This document shows, piece after piece, positions 1-11,413 of a DNA stretch of 64,000 nucleotides. The notes beneath the pieces are model-generated. The model saw nothing but the letters and a program-made list of their open reading frames with translations. It had not been told where the DNA came from and ran no database searches. Both the position numbers and the translations under genes were made by a program. The stretch is taken from the NCBI RefSeq assembly GCF_006345805.1, contig NC_043004.1, forward strand, positions 20,274,001-20,338,000, written 5' to 3'. Numbering within the stretch: the stretch's first letter is position 1; each line of letters begins with the position of its first letter. The DNA comes from Octopus sinensis. Lineage: Eukaryota.

Positions 1-243
1 TATCATTCACAAAACTATATACTTCTGTTTCCGAGATTGTACTCCTTCATAATTGTTTCCTAGCACCTAATGAAATATACAAATTTATTATATTTTGGGG
101 GACAAATGCCCGCAGGCTGTACTAAGAAAAAGGATTAAAATTACAAATGATAAAATATCTATGTTTGTATACATAGAGATACATATACGCAAATATACAT
201 ACGCACGCACAGACACACACACATATATATATATATAAATAAT

Positions 244-303
<60 letters not shown>

Positions 304-661
304 ATGTATATATATATATAATAGTGTACATTTAAACATAAAGAGAAATTACCTATAGCAGGCAATTTCTACACGCTAGGAGACAGTCAAAGTGACTGAA
401 AACCTCAAAATTTAAGCAATTTCAAAGGGAATGAAAAAATAAGAACTTTTACCTTGTTTTTACGGTTATACATATAGGTTGCGGATTTTTTTAGTAAAGG
501 AGATAATTTACTAGGCAAATACTCTTCAGTAACCGAGCCATCTAAGACTATAAATATGAGACCAATAGTACGTGTCACATCATTATATGTTATAATGTTT
601 TCAAAATCCATACGTCCTTGGAATTTTTTCTGCTGTTACTGCTTTTCAAAAAGGATTTAAC

Positions 662-692
<31 letters not shown>

Positions 693-755
693 CAAAATAT
701 ATGCATACATACATACATATATTTACGTACCTACATCTACATGTATATATATATG

Positions 756-806
<51 letters not shown>

Positions 807-810
<4 letters not shown>

Positions 811-1430
811 TACAGGGCACCACAAATAAACGTAGAACACAACGAGAAACGAAAACAAAAACAACGAAAAAACAGAGTACAAGACAAACAATACAAGGAA
901 TATTCCCCTTCATCAGCTGTCCCTGGTTCGACTCAATGCGTGTTTCGAAGGTAAGGACAGAACACGATCCGGTCGAAGCAGACCTTCCTGCAAAATGAAT
1001 TAAATAAAATTCTTTTGCAGAGGGGTAAAACAAGGAAAGAAAAAAAGTGACAAGAACAGGACGTAAAAGCAATACAAATAAAAATACAGTACACATAAAG
1101 AATAAAAACAGGACAATGAAACCAACGGAAGGCTTTCTTAGGCCTAGACGATGGAAAAATTCGGAGCGCAAATTAGAATCGACTTTCAAGAGACAGAAAA
1201 AGTCGATGATGACTTGTAGAAAGCTGCGAGCAAAAGGAAGCTAGTAGTCCACTCAGCAGTGAGAGAGATGAGGAGGAGTGAGAGAGAGAGAGGGAGAGAG
1301 AGAGAGGAAAGGAAACCAGAAAGGGTGAAAAATAAGAAGGAGAGAGACAGGCAGAGAGGAAGACAGACAGGAAAGAAGGAAGGTCAAGTAAAGGGTTAAA
1401 GAGTTCGCGTCATAATTAATATATAAAAAC
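807..1430 (-). mobile_element. Interspersed repeat embedded in (TA)n, probably a Penelope-like element terminal (pLTR) fragment, carrying a hammerhead-like motif
   Basis: Starts directly after a (TA)n tract. Its first ~35 nt (GAGTACAGGGCACCACAAATAAACGTAGAAC) recur at ~1598-1630, again after (TA)n. It contains CTGATGA and GAAA cores on the minus strand and has no credible ORF. The Penelope-like assignment is inference. Confidence 0.45.
905..977 (-). ncRNA. Hammerhead-ribozyme-like motif with permuted strand order
   Basis: Minus strand reads ttcgac-cggat-cgtgU-U-ctgtcc-tta-ccttc-GAAA-cacg-cattga-gtcgaa-ccag-ggacag-CTGATGA-agggg. Stem I is ctgtcc/ggacag, stem III is cgtgt/acacg plus ttcgac/gtcgaa, and stem II is weak (gggg/cttc). 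Confidence 0.5.
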
Positions 1431-1545
1431 TTACTTGGAGGAAAGAAACGAAACGACGCGATGGTGCTCAGTCATATAATAACAATTAAATAAATAAAAT
1501 ATATGCATACATACATACATATATGTACGTGCATGTATATATACA

Positions 1546-1586
<41 letters not shown>

Positions 1587-1690
1587 TATATATATATGAG
1601 TACAGGACACCACAGATAAACGTAGAACGCAACGACGTAGAACACGTCCTCGCGTTGTTGTGTTTTTTTTTTGTTTTCTTGTTAGGATTA

Positions 1691-1733
<43 letters not shown>

Positions 1734-1781
1734 TTGAATTTGAATGAGAGAAGTTGATTGCGATTGGTCGACAAAGTTCAC

Positions 1782-1838
<57 letters not shown>

Positions 1839-2271
1839 ATATATATATATATATACATATATGTGTGTGTGTGTACGTGTGTATGTATGTATACATATAC
1901 ATGTATACATTGCTATCTCAAGCAAACATGCTCAATGATTCACATTTCAGTTACAGTCTGAGGTTGCTACCCATATTTACACAAATATTAAGACCGTAAT
2001 AAAATCAACTTACATGCGTGCGTACATACACGCATACATGCACGCAACAGTCTCATACACACACTTCTGTGCGCGCACATATTCACCAGTTTAGAGTAGT
2101 ACCGCTTGCCACTCACACCTTTTGTAACCTCTTTTCTTTCAGAATAAGAATGTATATATAAGGTGTTGAAAGCATTTCTTTTTTAGTTCCATTTCCTAAG
2201 CATCAAACTAATACCAAATTCTGTGTCTATTTCTTTTACCTAGTTTTGTTGTATTTTTTGTTACCTTGTAC

Positions 2272-2273
2272 TA

Positions 2274-2352
<79 letters not shown>
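2272..2352. repeat. (CTAT)n microsatellite
   Basis: About 20 direct copies of CTAT visible. Confidence 0.95.
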
Positions 2353-2355
<3 letters not shown>

Positions 2356-2649
2356 ACTGTCTGTCAGTCTGTTTCTCTGTTTGTCTGTCTCTCTGTCTGC
2401 CTCTCTCTCTCTCTCTCTCCCTATATATATGCATATGTATGAACATAATATTTGTAAACGAACCAGAACCGCTTTGTAAGTTGGTATGATAATAACTGTA
2501 TAATGATATATCATAATACAAATTCTTCGATTTGATGCGAACATTCTTAAATACAAGCAAATGACAGAAAAATGTTGAGTCTTGCATTGTAGCTTTGTCT
2601 CAGTAACTTACAAAACCTTTCTTGTTTGTTTATAAATATTATATGTAGT

Positions 2650-2680
2650 ACTAGCAGAGATATCCAGCGTTGCTCGGGGT
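2650..2680 (-). mobile_element. Helitron-type 3' terminus
   Basis: Minus strand reads CCCGAGCAACGCTGGATATCTCTGCTAGT: an imperfect GC-rich hairpin about 10 nt before a terminal CTAG followed by T, the usual Helitron 3' end layout. Confidence 0.55.
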
Positions 2681-2955
2681 TAAAAGGGCATAGTTTGTGT
2701 ATAATATAATTCAGTTATGTCGAAACAGCTATGGGAAAGTGTAGCATTGACAACAAAACATTTGTGGAGTAAATACTGGGCTAATTCAACTAAGCAACGT
2801 GCTATGCGTCCGTTTGAGGTATTTCAGGCCCTAAGCTGTCATGGAAAATTGGAGGTGGAATTTATGTGACTTTTGAACGCACTGGAAAGGTACGATATGA
2901 GATTTTCAAATATAAATAATAATTATATATAAATATAAAAAAAGTAAAAGATACG

Positions 2956-3010
<55 letters not shown>

Positions 3011-3327
3011 TAAAAATATACATATATATACACATAAAAACGGTACGATATGTGAATATGAATTACATATAAATAAAATTGTATAAAGAAAATTAAATTG
3101 CAATTAAAAGATATAAAATAATATATATATAAGTAAAAATATACATATATACACATATGTTCGAAGGTTTATAATGGACGCAGATTGTGTGTCAAATAGC
3201 TAGCTTGAGGCGGTGGCCTCTTGGAGCTAATCAGCGACAGCTTTAGTCTTATATTTATAAGACTGCCATATAAGTATGGCGATAACTATTAATTTCCAGT
3301 AACGCTGCCGTATTTTAATATTTCTAT

Positions 3328-3366
<39 letters not shown>

Positions 3367-3398
3367 ATATATATATATTATTATATATATATATATAA

Positions 3399-3985
3399 TA
3401 CTGCTGCCCACTGTGGTCTCCCCATAAAGACAAAACATCTCGAGGATTGAATCACCCCAGAGGGCACTCACTAAACGAATTGAAGGCATGGCTGCTCTCG
3501 ATTATTGGGACCGCCTTAAAGCCTTGAAATTCTACTCTCTCCAGCGCCGCCGTGAGCGATACATCATTTGTACGATGTGGAGAAGATACCGCCAACTTTG
3601 CTCAAATGACCTGAACATTAGCTTCAAGGTTCATCCAAGACTGGGACCACAGGCCATACGTCCCCTGCCCAATTCAGGATCACAGCATATATGTACACTG
3701 CAACATAATTTCTTTTCGTCAACAGGCCCTGCTCTATTTAACATTATCCCAAAAGAGGTCAAAGAGGAAAAGGATCCCATCAGCTTTAAACGGAGTCTGG
3801 ATAGATTCCTTCAAGGAATACCAGATAAGTCACCCATAATTGGATACAACTCACCCAGCAAAAACTCACTACTTGAATGGACCACAAACAAAACTTGACT
3901 TAAACAGGATTTAGATAATCATATCATGTGGTCTTATTAAGTTAGACATGGCCTGGACCAAACTTTGGTCGAAACATATCTAAGT
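3399..3985 (+). mobile_element. 5'-truncated LINE, CR1/L2-group RT C-terminal region plus 3' UTR
   Basis: Translates YCCPLWSP..(frameshift)..IESPQRALTKRIEGMAALDYWDRLKALKFYSLQRRRERY..FKRSLDRFLQGIPD, typical of the post-RT region of CR1-group LINEs. Flanked by (TA)n. Confidence 0.8.
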
Positions 3986-4019
3986 TTATATATATAATAT
4001 ATATATATATACAAATGCA

Positions 4020-4740
4020 CCTGTACGTTTACATACAAAGTATTTAGGCTGAATTTGACGATATTTTGTGTCTCTTCTTGAACATCTTGGTGTATTCATG
4101 AACAGTCAACGCTGTTAGAGAGCATAAGTGTGACATGGACAGCTGCAACGGAGATTACGAAGCCGTAGCCAGCTGGTCCATGATGGTCTTTGGATGGTCT
4201 TTAGTGAGAGTGCAATCATGACTCACCACATCTTTGAACAGGGCTTTAGGCTCAATTCTGATGGCCATGTGAAGCTCCTGGACATTGTGGTCTAACTTTG
4301 GCTGGGGAGGGTTGTTGCTGGAATTTGAAGTGTAGCAGCAAGTTTCTCCTCCTTGTCATACCTCTGGAAAAAGTCATAAGTGTTCGTCGGAGAATGTCTT
4401 CATCTTCACCAACCGTTATTTCTGGCCTCCTAATTCTCTCCGATCACAATACTATGGATTACTACATGGGACACAGTTGAGAAAGACAACAGCCACCCCG
4501 CCTGAAAAAGTAAAGCTGAGCTGGCGACTGAGATCAAAGAGGCGTTCCAACATTTACCCAGGGACACACGAAGAAACGCATGCACCATGTTCCGAGGCCG
4601 TTTCGAGGCCGCGGCGGAAGTTGAGAGCAGATACTTTGAATAACCTGCTTTCACCTGGCTATAATTTTGCCTTTGAGTGGGATATTGCGTTTTCTATTCC
4701 TTTTGTGCAAAGTGCCAATTATAGTCCGAACACCATGTGT
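4020..4740 (+). mobile_element. Decayed Tc1/mariner transposase, maT (DD37D)-like, C-terminal half
   Basis: Across frameshifts: ..NSDGHVKLLDIVV..SPPCHTSGKS..YFWPPNS..MDYY..WDTVEKD..KAELATEIKEAFQHLPRDTRRNACTMFRGRFEAAAEVESRYFE*. The WPPNSP/DYY/VE motif and C-terminus resemble maT transposases. Confidence 0.7.
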
Positions 4741-5116
4741 GTTTGTATATACATATATATACATATATATATACATACACATATAGATAGATTTAGCGTG
4801 AGTAAATTTATATTAAAATACAAAGAACAATTCGGTTTGTTATTTCAATACAATTGTGTGTGTGAAGGTGTGAATGTGTTTGTGTGTGCGCGTGTGCGTG
4901 TGTGCCTGCGTGCATGGGTGATGCGTGTGTGTGTGCGCGCGCGCGCGTGTGTTTGGGATACGTTTACACTTAAATTAAATGTGGGAAATATGCGAGCGGT
5001 TATGTAAAAAGCTTATTTATATTCCCTGCTACACATCTATCTTTATAACTATTTGCATTAGTAACCTAATACATCCACAAATATTTGGGTGTATGTACAG
5101 AAATATATGCGTGTGG

Positions 5117-5153
<37 letters not shown>

Positions 5154-5159
5154 TAGAGA

Positions 5160-5465
5160 GAGCAGCACTCCGTCGGTTATGATTAACGGAGCAGTTTGCT
5201 CGTGAAATTAATGTGCAAGTAGCTGAGCATTCCACAGACACGTGTACCCTTAACGTAGTTCGCAAGGAGATTCAGCATGACACAGAATGTGACAAGTCTG
5301 GCCCCTTTTTTTTTAAATACAGCGACTACTCATTTTTGCCAGCTGAGTAGACTGGAGCAACGTGAAATAAAATGTCTTGCTCAAGGACACAACGCGTCGC
5401 CGGGAACCGAAATCACAACCTTACGATCATGAGCCGAATGCCCTAACCACTAAGCTACGCGCCCT
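5160..5465 (-). mobile_element. tRNA-derived SINE (head B, tail Y)
   Basis: Minus-strand head GGCGCGTAGCTTAGTGGTTAGGGC (A box) and GATTTCGGTTCCC (B-box-like), then GTGTCCTTGAGCAAGAC (CORE-like). The 3' body is shared with the copy at 59170-59350. Confidence 0.8.
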
Positions 5466-5474
5466 AACTATGTG

Positions 5475-5508
<34 letters not shown>

Positions 5509-5540
5509 TATATAATATACATATAAACATATATACATAT

Positions 5541-5615
<75 letters not shown>

Positions 5616-5656
5616 AATAAATGGAGTTGAACGAAGATGTTCTTAAAATTCTATTA

Positions 5657-5739
5657 CTTTCGACATATGTTTCGAAGACAACATTGGTTTTATTCCAAAG
5701 GAATAAACGGTGTGAAATGCAATCTTCTCATCAGGAAAG
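5657..5739 (-). ncRNA. Type I minimal hammerhead ribozyme (intact core)
   Basis: Minus strand: ctttc-CTGATGA-gaaga..(44 nt incl. tttattcc/ggaataaa hairpin)..tcttc-GAAA-catatg-TC-gaaag. Stem I ctttc/gaaag, stem II gaaga/tcttc, palindromic stem III CAUAUG, GUC cleavage triplet. Confidence 0.8.
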
Positions 5740-5835
5740 AAAGAGAGCCTATCTCAACAACAAGACATTATAACAATTGTTATAATGTTATAATGTAATT
5801 GTTATAATATCTTGTTGTTGAGATTGGCTCTTCTT

Positions 5836-5918
5836 CTTTGCTGATGAGAAGATTGCATTTTATACCGTTTATTCCTTTGGAATAAAACCAATGTTGTCTT
5901 CGAAACAAATGTCGAAAG
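5836..5918 (+). ncRNA. Mirror copy of the hammerhead, with two pairing defects
   Basis: ctttg-CTGATGA-gaaga...tcttc-GAAA-caaatg-TC-gaaag. G.G mismatch at the base of stem I, and CAAAUG breaks the stem III palindrome. Confidence 0.6.
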
Positions 5919-5962
5919 TAATAGAATTTTAAGAACATCTTCGTTCAACTCCATTTATTTAC

Positions 5963-6004
<42 letters not shown>

Positions 6005-6562
6005 ATATATATATATGTTTATATATATATGTGTGTGTATTTGTGTGTATATATATATATATATAGTGAGGGCGCGTAGCTTAGTGGTTAAGGCATATGT
6101 CGAAAGTAAAAGAATTTAATAACATCTTCGTTCAACTCCATTTATTTACTGATACTACACAAATTGCTGCACATTAACCCGGAGTTTCTACCTTTGAATA
6201 GGTCGCTTCATCCATGTTACTTTCGTGAATTTTGCTACCCTGGTAACTGTTTATTGAACTTTCCATATATATATATATAATCTATCTATCTATCTCAGTC
6301 TCTCTCTCTCTCTCTCACTATATATATATGCATCTCACTCATAAGGGAATCTTACATTGTTCATAAACTCTATATTTGGAAGGACTCACTTTTGGATTTT
6401 ATTCAAAGGATATTGGAATATTGCATATATACTATTATGCCTATAAAACGGATTTACAAATTCAATACCCATACATATCTTACATCTATTTTCTTTCCTC
6501 CACCTCACTCTCTATTTTGTATCACATCGAAACTAACTATGACTTAATTTCTCCTATCAAGC

Positions 6563-6614
6563 GTCTCCGATGAAGGGATATTATTAATTGATATCCTAGA
6601 AACAGCTGTAAGAC
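6563..6614 (+). ncRNA. Type I minimal hammerhead variant (CCGAUGA core)
   Basis: gtct-CCGATGA-agggatat-tattaattg-atatccta-GAAA-cagctg-TA-agac. Stem I gtct/agac, 7-bp stem II, palindromic CAGCUG stem III, GUA triplet. Lies in a repeat (~6370-6680) bounded by TA-rich tracts. Confidence 0.65.
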
Positions 6615-6677
6615 CTACCCATATATGCTATAATATCTATAAAGCCTTGGTTTTTTTATCTTATTACGCTAAACATT

Positions 6678-6734
<57 letters not shown>

Positions 6735-7030
6735 ATATAGTTCTCAGGAACTATTAGACATGACAGCGTTCATTAATCGGTGTATATTATGCTTGAAACC
6801 GGTATGCTTGAATCTCTTTAATGATTTCAAAATAATGACTTTTATTACTTTTATTGCTTCCTCTGTTCATCTAATTGCATACATCTTTCATTACTTTTCA
6901 TAAAAGTCCTTTACTTTTTTGATTTTCAATGTGCATTTTCGTTTATTTTTCTTACTTTCCCCTTACATTACCACGTTTAGATTCTATTTTCTTTTTGTAA
7001 CATATTTCTATTACACACACACATATATAT

Positions 7031-7066
<36 letters not shown>

Positions 7067-7331
7067 GTAGAAATATGTTACGAAAAGAAAATATAAAATA
7101 CACGTGGAAATGTAAGGGTAAAATATGAAAAACCAACGAAAATGCATATTGCAAATAGAAAAAGGCTATTTATGACAGGTAGTGACAAATATATACATTT
7201 AGATTGACTGAGGTAGTAATACGAGTCATAAAGGTGATTATTATGAGATGATTATAAGATGTTAATAAAGTAAGAGGACAAAACGAATCAATGGTTTATG
7301 CGAAGACTATTCATCGTTTGAACAGCACCGG

Positions 7332-7370
<39 letters not shown>

Positions 7371-7375
<5 letters not shown>

Positions 7376-7518
7376 AAAATAGTAAAGTGTGAAAAAACGA
7401 CAGAAGGCTTAAATGTTAAAAAATTTTTCCAATATTCTCCAGACATTTTGACACAAATATATATTTTTTTTAACATTTAAGCCTTCTGTCGTTTTTTCAC
7501 ACTTTACTATTTTCTTAT
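7371..7518. repeat. Perfect 53-bp inverted repeat with 42-bp spacer
   Basis: 7371-7423 is the exact reverse complement of 7466-7518, and it directly follows a (TA)n tract. Confidence 0.95.
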
Positions 7519-7566
7519 ATATTCACCCACGTGCTTTACCAAACAAACTTTCTTATCTATATATAT

Positions 7567-7708
<142 letters not shown>

Positions 7709-8564
7709 AGTATTAAGTTATATTTCTAATGTCTTTTCCTTATTTAAATATTCTTTGGAAGGACTGTTCTTCCTAGCTGCAATCATTTCTCGTCGCATTA
7801 GATTTCCATTTCGCTCCCATTTTCTCGCTTCCTTGCATATTTTCGTGCATCACCTCACCTGTATACTCTAGATCGACCAAATGTCATCAACAATATATGA
7901 CGTCGTCTGTCATTTTGTAAAGGTTAATATTTAAATTTTATATTATTTTGAGTTAATGAAAATTCATAATGTTTTTGACTATATGGTGTGAAATGTGTTA
8001 CTGAATATCATTGTGTCTACTTATAATTAATCATATACTTTGACATCTTTATTGTTGTTTAATCTTTGGGTCGTATTAAATGAATAATCTATGATAAAAT
8101 ACCTTAATACTGTTACCACCTCGGTTTTTTATTTTCGTTATGTTTAGGCATTTTCTATCGATTACTACCTCATATAATTTGTCCTGTTATTTTTCGCCGT
8201 TAAAGTAGGATCTATAGGATGTTTGCCTGTGACTTTCAATATTTCTCCCTTATTCTTTCTTCACAACTTTTCTCACTAGCTGAAGTTCCGTTTACATTAT
8301 TCTTGTAGACTGGGATTTTGGGAATGTGATGTAGGAATTTTTCAGAAAAAAACATTTAAAAGCTGGCTTGAAAAGTCGCAATAGAACAAAAGATATATAG
8401 TCGTAATGTCGGTGGCATACCTTTTACAGTGGTCAAAGTTTGGATTTTTTATGTTATTTGAATTACTTTTAGGAACACTTCTGGATTAGTTTCACAATTT
8501 GATACGGCAACATATACAGATACTAGTGGAAATGAAAAGCGCTATTTATGGCTCGTCAATAGAA

Positions 8565-9165
8565 CAACCATATGTGCGCGACATAGTGACCATGTATTAA
8601 CATAAACAGCGCATGACCTTGCACGTGTGGCCCAGTTAGAATTTTCTTCAAGTCGAGTAGTCCATCCCACTCCAAAGGTTCCTCAATAAAAGTTGTTTAA
8701 GAATGTTGAACGAACCACTTATGTTTCTAGAGGTAATTATTCAAACCCCAAATAATTCCACTCAACACATGGCTATGATGCTACCCCACAACTCCTGCTT
8801 GTCTGCTTGTGATCAGAGATGCGCATATCGTCAGCCACTAAAGAACATGCTCAACTGATGAAGGCCAAGCAACTGACAAGCTAATCTGTGGTATTGAGCA
8901 GAATATTTATTGTAGCACATCCTTTAGACCAACACAAAACATGTACCTTTATTGAGGGACTTTTTGAGTGGGATGGGCTACTCGACTTGAAGAAAATTGT
9001 AACTGGGCCACACCTGCAAGGTTATGCGCTTTTAATGCAAGGTCACTATGTCGCGCACATATGGTTGTGACGCATGTGCCTGGTGTACCCTTATCAGATG
9101 TGCTTATTGGGCTTTGTATATTTGTACCCCAGTGTCACTTTGATGGCATACACTGCTGTCTCACT
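8565..9165. mobile_element. Two oppositely oriented fragments of one interspersed repeat
   Basis: 8565-8692 is the diverged reverse complement of 8946-9067 (e.g. CAACCATATGTGCGCGACATAGTGACC / GGTCACTATGTCGCGCACATATGGTTG). The + copy ends in an (AAT)n tail, suggesting a retroposon 3' end. Confidence 0.75.
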
Positions 9166-9267
9166 CAATAATAATAATAATACAAATAATATTAATAAAA
9201 ATAATGATAATAACAATAACAACAACAACAACAACAACAATAATAATAGTAATAATACAAAAACACT

Positions 9268-10012
9268 ATAGAGGCAGCGCAGGAAGAAGCTTTGGCCACG
9301 AACGGGGGGGTTAACCTTAGACATGAGCAAGTATCTCTGCTATGTTGCATCTGCAATAGAGTGGTTGAAACCATTGACCATATCACGAACGAATGCCCTA
9401 GACTTGCCCCAAACCACTACAAGTTGGGGCAACATTACCAGGTAGCGAAGGTGCTACACTGGAAACTGTGCGAAAAGTGGGGGCTAGAGAGAAGAAAGAC
9501 ATGGTATGAGTACAGACTGCAGAGAGTAGCAGAGTCGGAGACTAGCAAAAACCTCTGGGATTTCCCAAACCAAACAGAACAAATGCTAGAGCATAACAGA
9601 CTGGATGTAGTGTTGGTGGACAAGGTGCACCACATATGCTATATAGTTGATTTTGCATACGCCATTGACCCATGAATAGTCAAGAAGGAAGACGAAAAGA
9701 GAGATAGATACAACCATTTTAAGTACGAAATAGCGCGGCTATAGAAAAAGAAGAAGGTGAAGATAGTGCCAATTATAGTTGGGTCCTTGGGAACAGTATC
9801 AGAAGGCATCGAGAGGAATATAAAGAAAATTGGAATACAGTGCCCAGTAGTAATGTTACAAAAGGTTTGCCTCCTTCGCGCAACCAGAATAATCAAGTAA
9901 GTATAAGATAGCTGAAAAGAAGGGAAAACAAGGTACCGTAGACTGCATGTAGTAAGCCCACTACGCATGCAAGACTCCAGTACCTCCAACAAAACCTGTG
10001 ATAAAGAGATGG
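9268..10012 (+). mobile_element. 5'-truncated R4/Dong-like LINE (CCHC knuckle plus restriction-like endonuclease) inside (AAT)n
   Basis: CCICNRVVETIDHITNEC..HYQVAKVLHWKLC..KNLWDFPNQTEQMLEHNRLDVVLVDK..CYIVDFA..KEDEKRDRY..KIVPIIVGSLG..LQKVCLL. (AAT/AAC)n lies at 9165-9258 and (AAT)n at 10013-10135. Confidence 0.85.
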
Positions 10013-10038
10013 TAATAATAATAATAATAATAATAATG

Positions 10039-10099
<61 letters not shown>

Positions 10100-11104
10100 T
10101 AACAATAACAACAATAATAATAATAATAATAATATCATCATCTAAGGAAATGCCGTTACGTTGAGCTACTATTGCACCGAAATTTTCACTATAGCAAGTG
10201 TAAATAAAAATAATCTTTGTAGTACGAACTTGCAAAACTTTTCTCATTTATTCAAACGGTATATTTCTAATATGTTTTCTCCTTTTACTCAAACTGTTTT
10301 TCTTAAGCTAACTTTATCGAGCTAACGGTTTTGTCGCATAACTGCGAAACAGCAAGTCATCTAAGGCTTACTGATAATCTTTCATAAAAGATTCTCGTAA
10401 ATTACTATGCATTTAGAGATAGATACTCACAGAGACTTACACTCACATACACACACATACACACGGATACACATATACACACATATGTGTAATGTGTGTA
10501 TGAATGTATTTATATATTTCTTTTTCTCTTAATGTACAATAATTTATAAGAACCATTTTTGAAAGAGATTATTACTGAGTTTTAGATGTCTTTGTGTTTC
10601 ACTGTTACATAAGGAGTCCTTAGCTCCAAAAGCTAATTCCTTGGGAAAGGATTTTGAAAGAGCAGATATCAGGAATGTTCCAGTTAAATAAATGGGAAGT
10701 GTCTTGTATGTTCGAATTGCAAGGATTATCTTTATTTACACTTGCAAGGGAAACTGAAAAAAATGTTGGTGGAACTGTAGCTCACCTTAGTGCTATTTTT
10801 GTTAAAGATATTATATCTGTGTGAATATGTTTTTTTATTCGTTTTCGGAAAATCACAGTAACGTCTATACTACATGAAGGAATGTGCGGTACAATTATCC
10901 TGTCCGATTTTAACGCCTCAGAAACTTAGTGCTGTTTTGCATCTAATGCATTCAATATTTGAGGCCATTGCACTTTAATGCACATTTAGAGGTGAAATTT
11001 GTATTGTAAAGTATGTTTCACAGAACGGTAAAGACTCAACTCTATAATCTATTTTTAGACTGGTAGATATATCTTTTGCTTCTGGATTCAAAGTATTATT
11101 TATT

Positions 11105-11413
11105 TTTATTTATGCGCCCTTTTCAAGCCTAGCCAGGCTCATGATCCCGGTTTCCCGGTTTCTGTGGCGTATGTGTTCCCCACTAGCTGGACGGGACGCC
11201 AGTCCATCGCAGCGTTACTCAAGAAACAGGAAGAAAGAGTGAGAGAAAGTTGGGGCGAAAGAGTACAACAGGGGTCGCCACCACCCGCTGCCGGAGCCTC
11301 GTGGAGATTTAGGTGTTTTCGCTCAATAAACACACACAACGCCCGGTCTGGGAATCGAAACGGCGATCCTCCCGCCGCGAGTCCGCTGCCCTACACACTG
11401 GGCTATTACGCTC
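11105..11413 (-). mobile_element. tRNA-derived SINE (head A, tail X)
   Basis: Minus head GTGGAGCGTAATAGCCCAGTGTGTAGGGC..GTTTCGATTCCC (A/B-box-like) and an A-rich 3' end. The head is shared with the copy at 58981-59169. Confidence 0.8.

Larger units (their letters stand above)
5612..5963. repeat. ~350-bp near-perfect palindrome (fold-back) between (TA)n tracts
   Basis: AGTAAATAAATGGAGTTGAACGAAG... at 5612 is the reverse complement of ...CTTCGTTCAACTCCATTTATTTACT ending at 5963. The arms match inward to a centre near 5787 with only a few substitutions. Confidence 0.95.

Noticed and set aside
3150-3240. Minus-strand CTGATTAG..CGAACATATGTG
   Set aside because: Both core halves are mutated and the stems are not convincing.
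3951-3984. Hairpin gaccaaa/tttggtc followed by GAAACATATC at the LINE 3' end
   Set aside because: Resembles half a hammerhead but has no CUGANGA strand; more simply a LINE 3' stem-loop.
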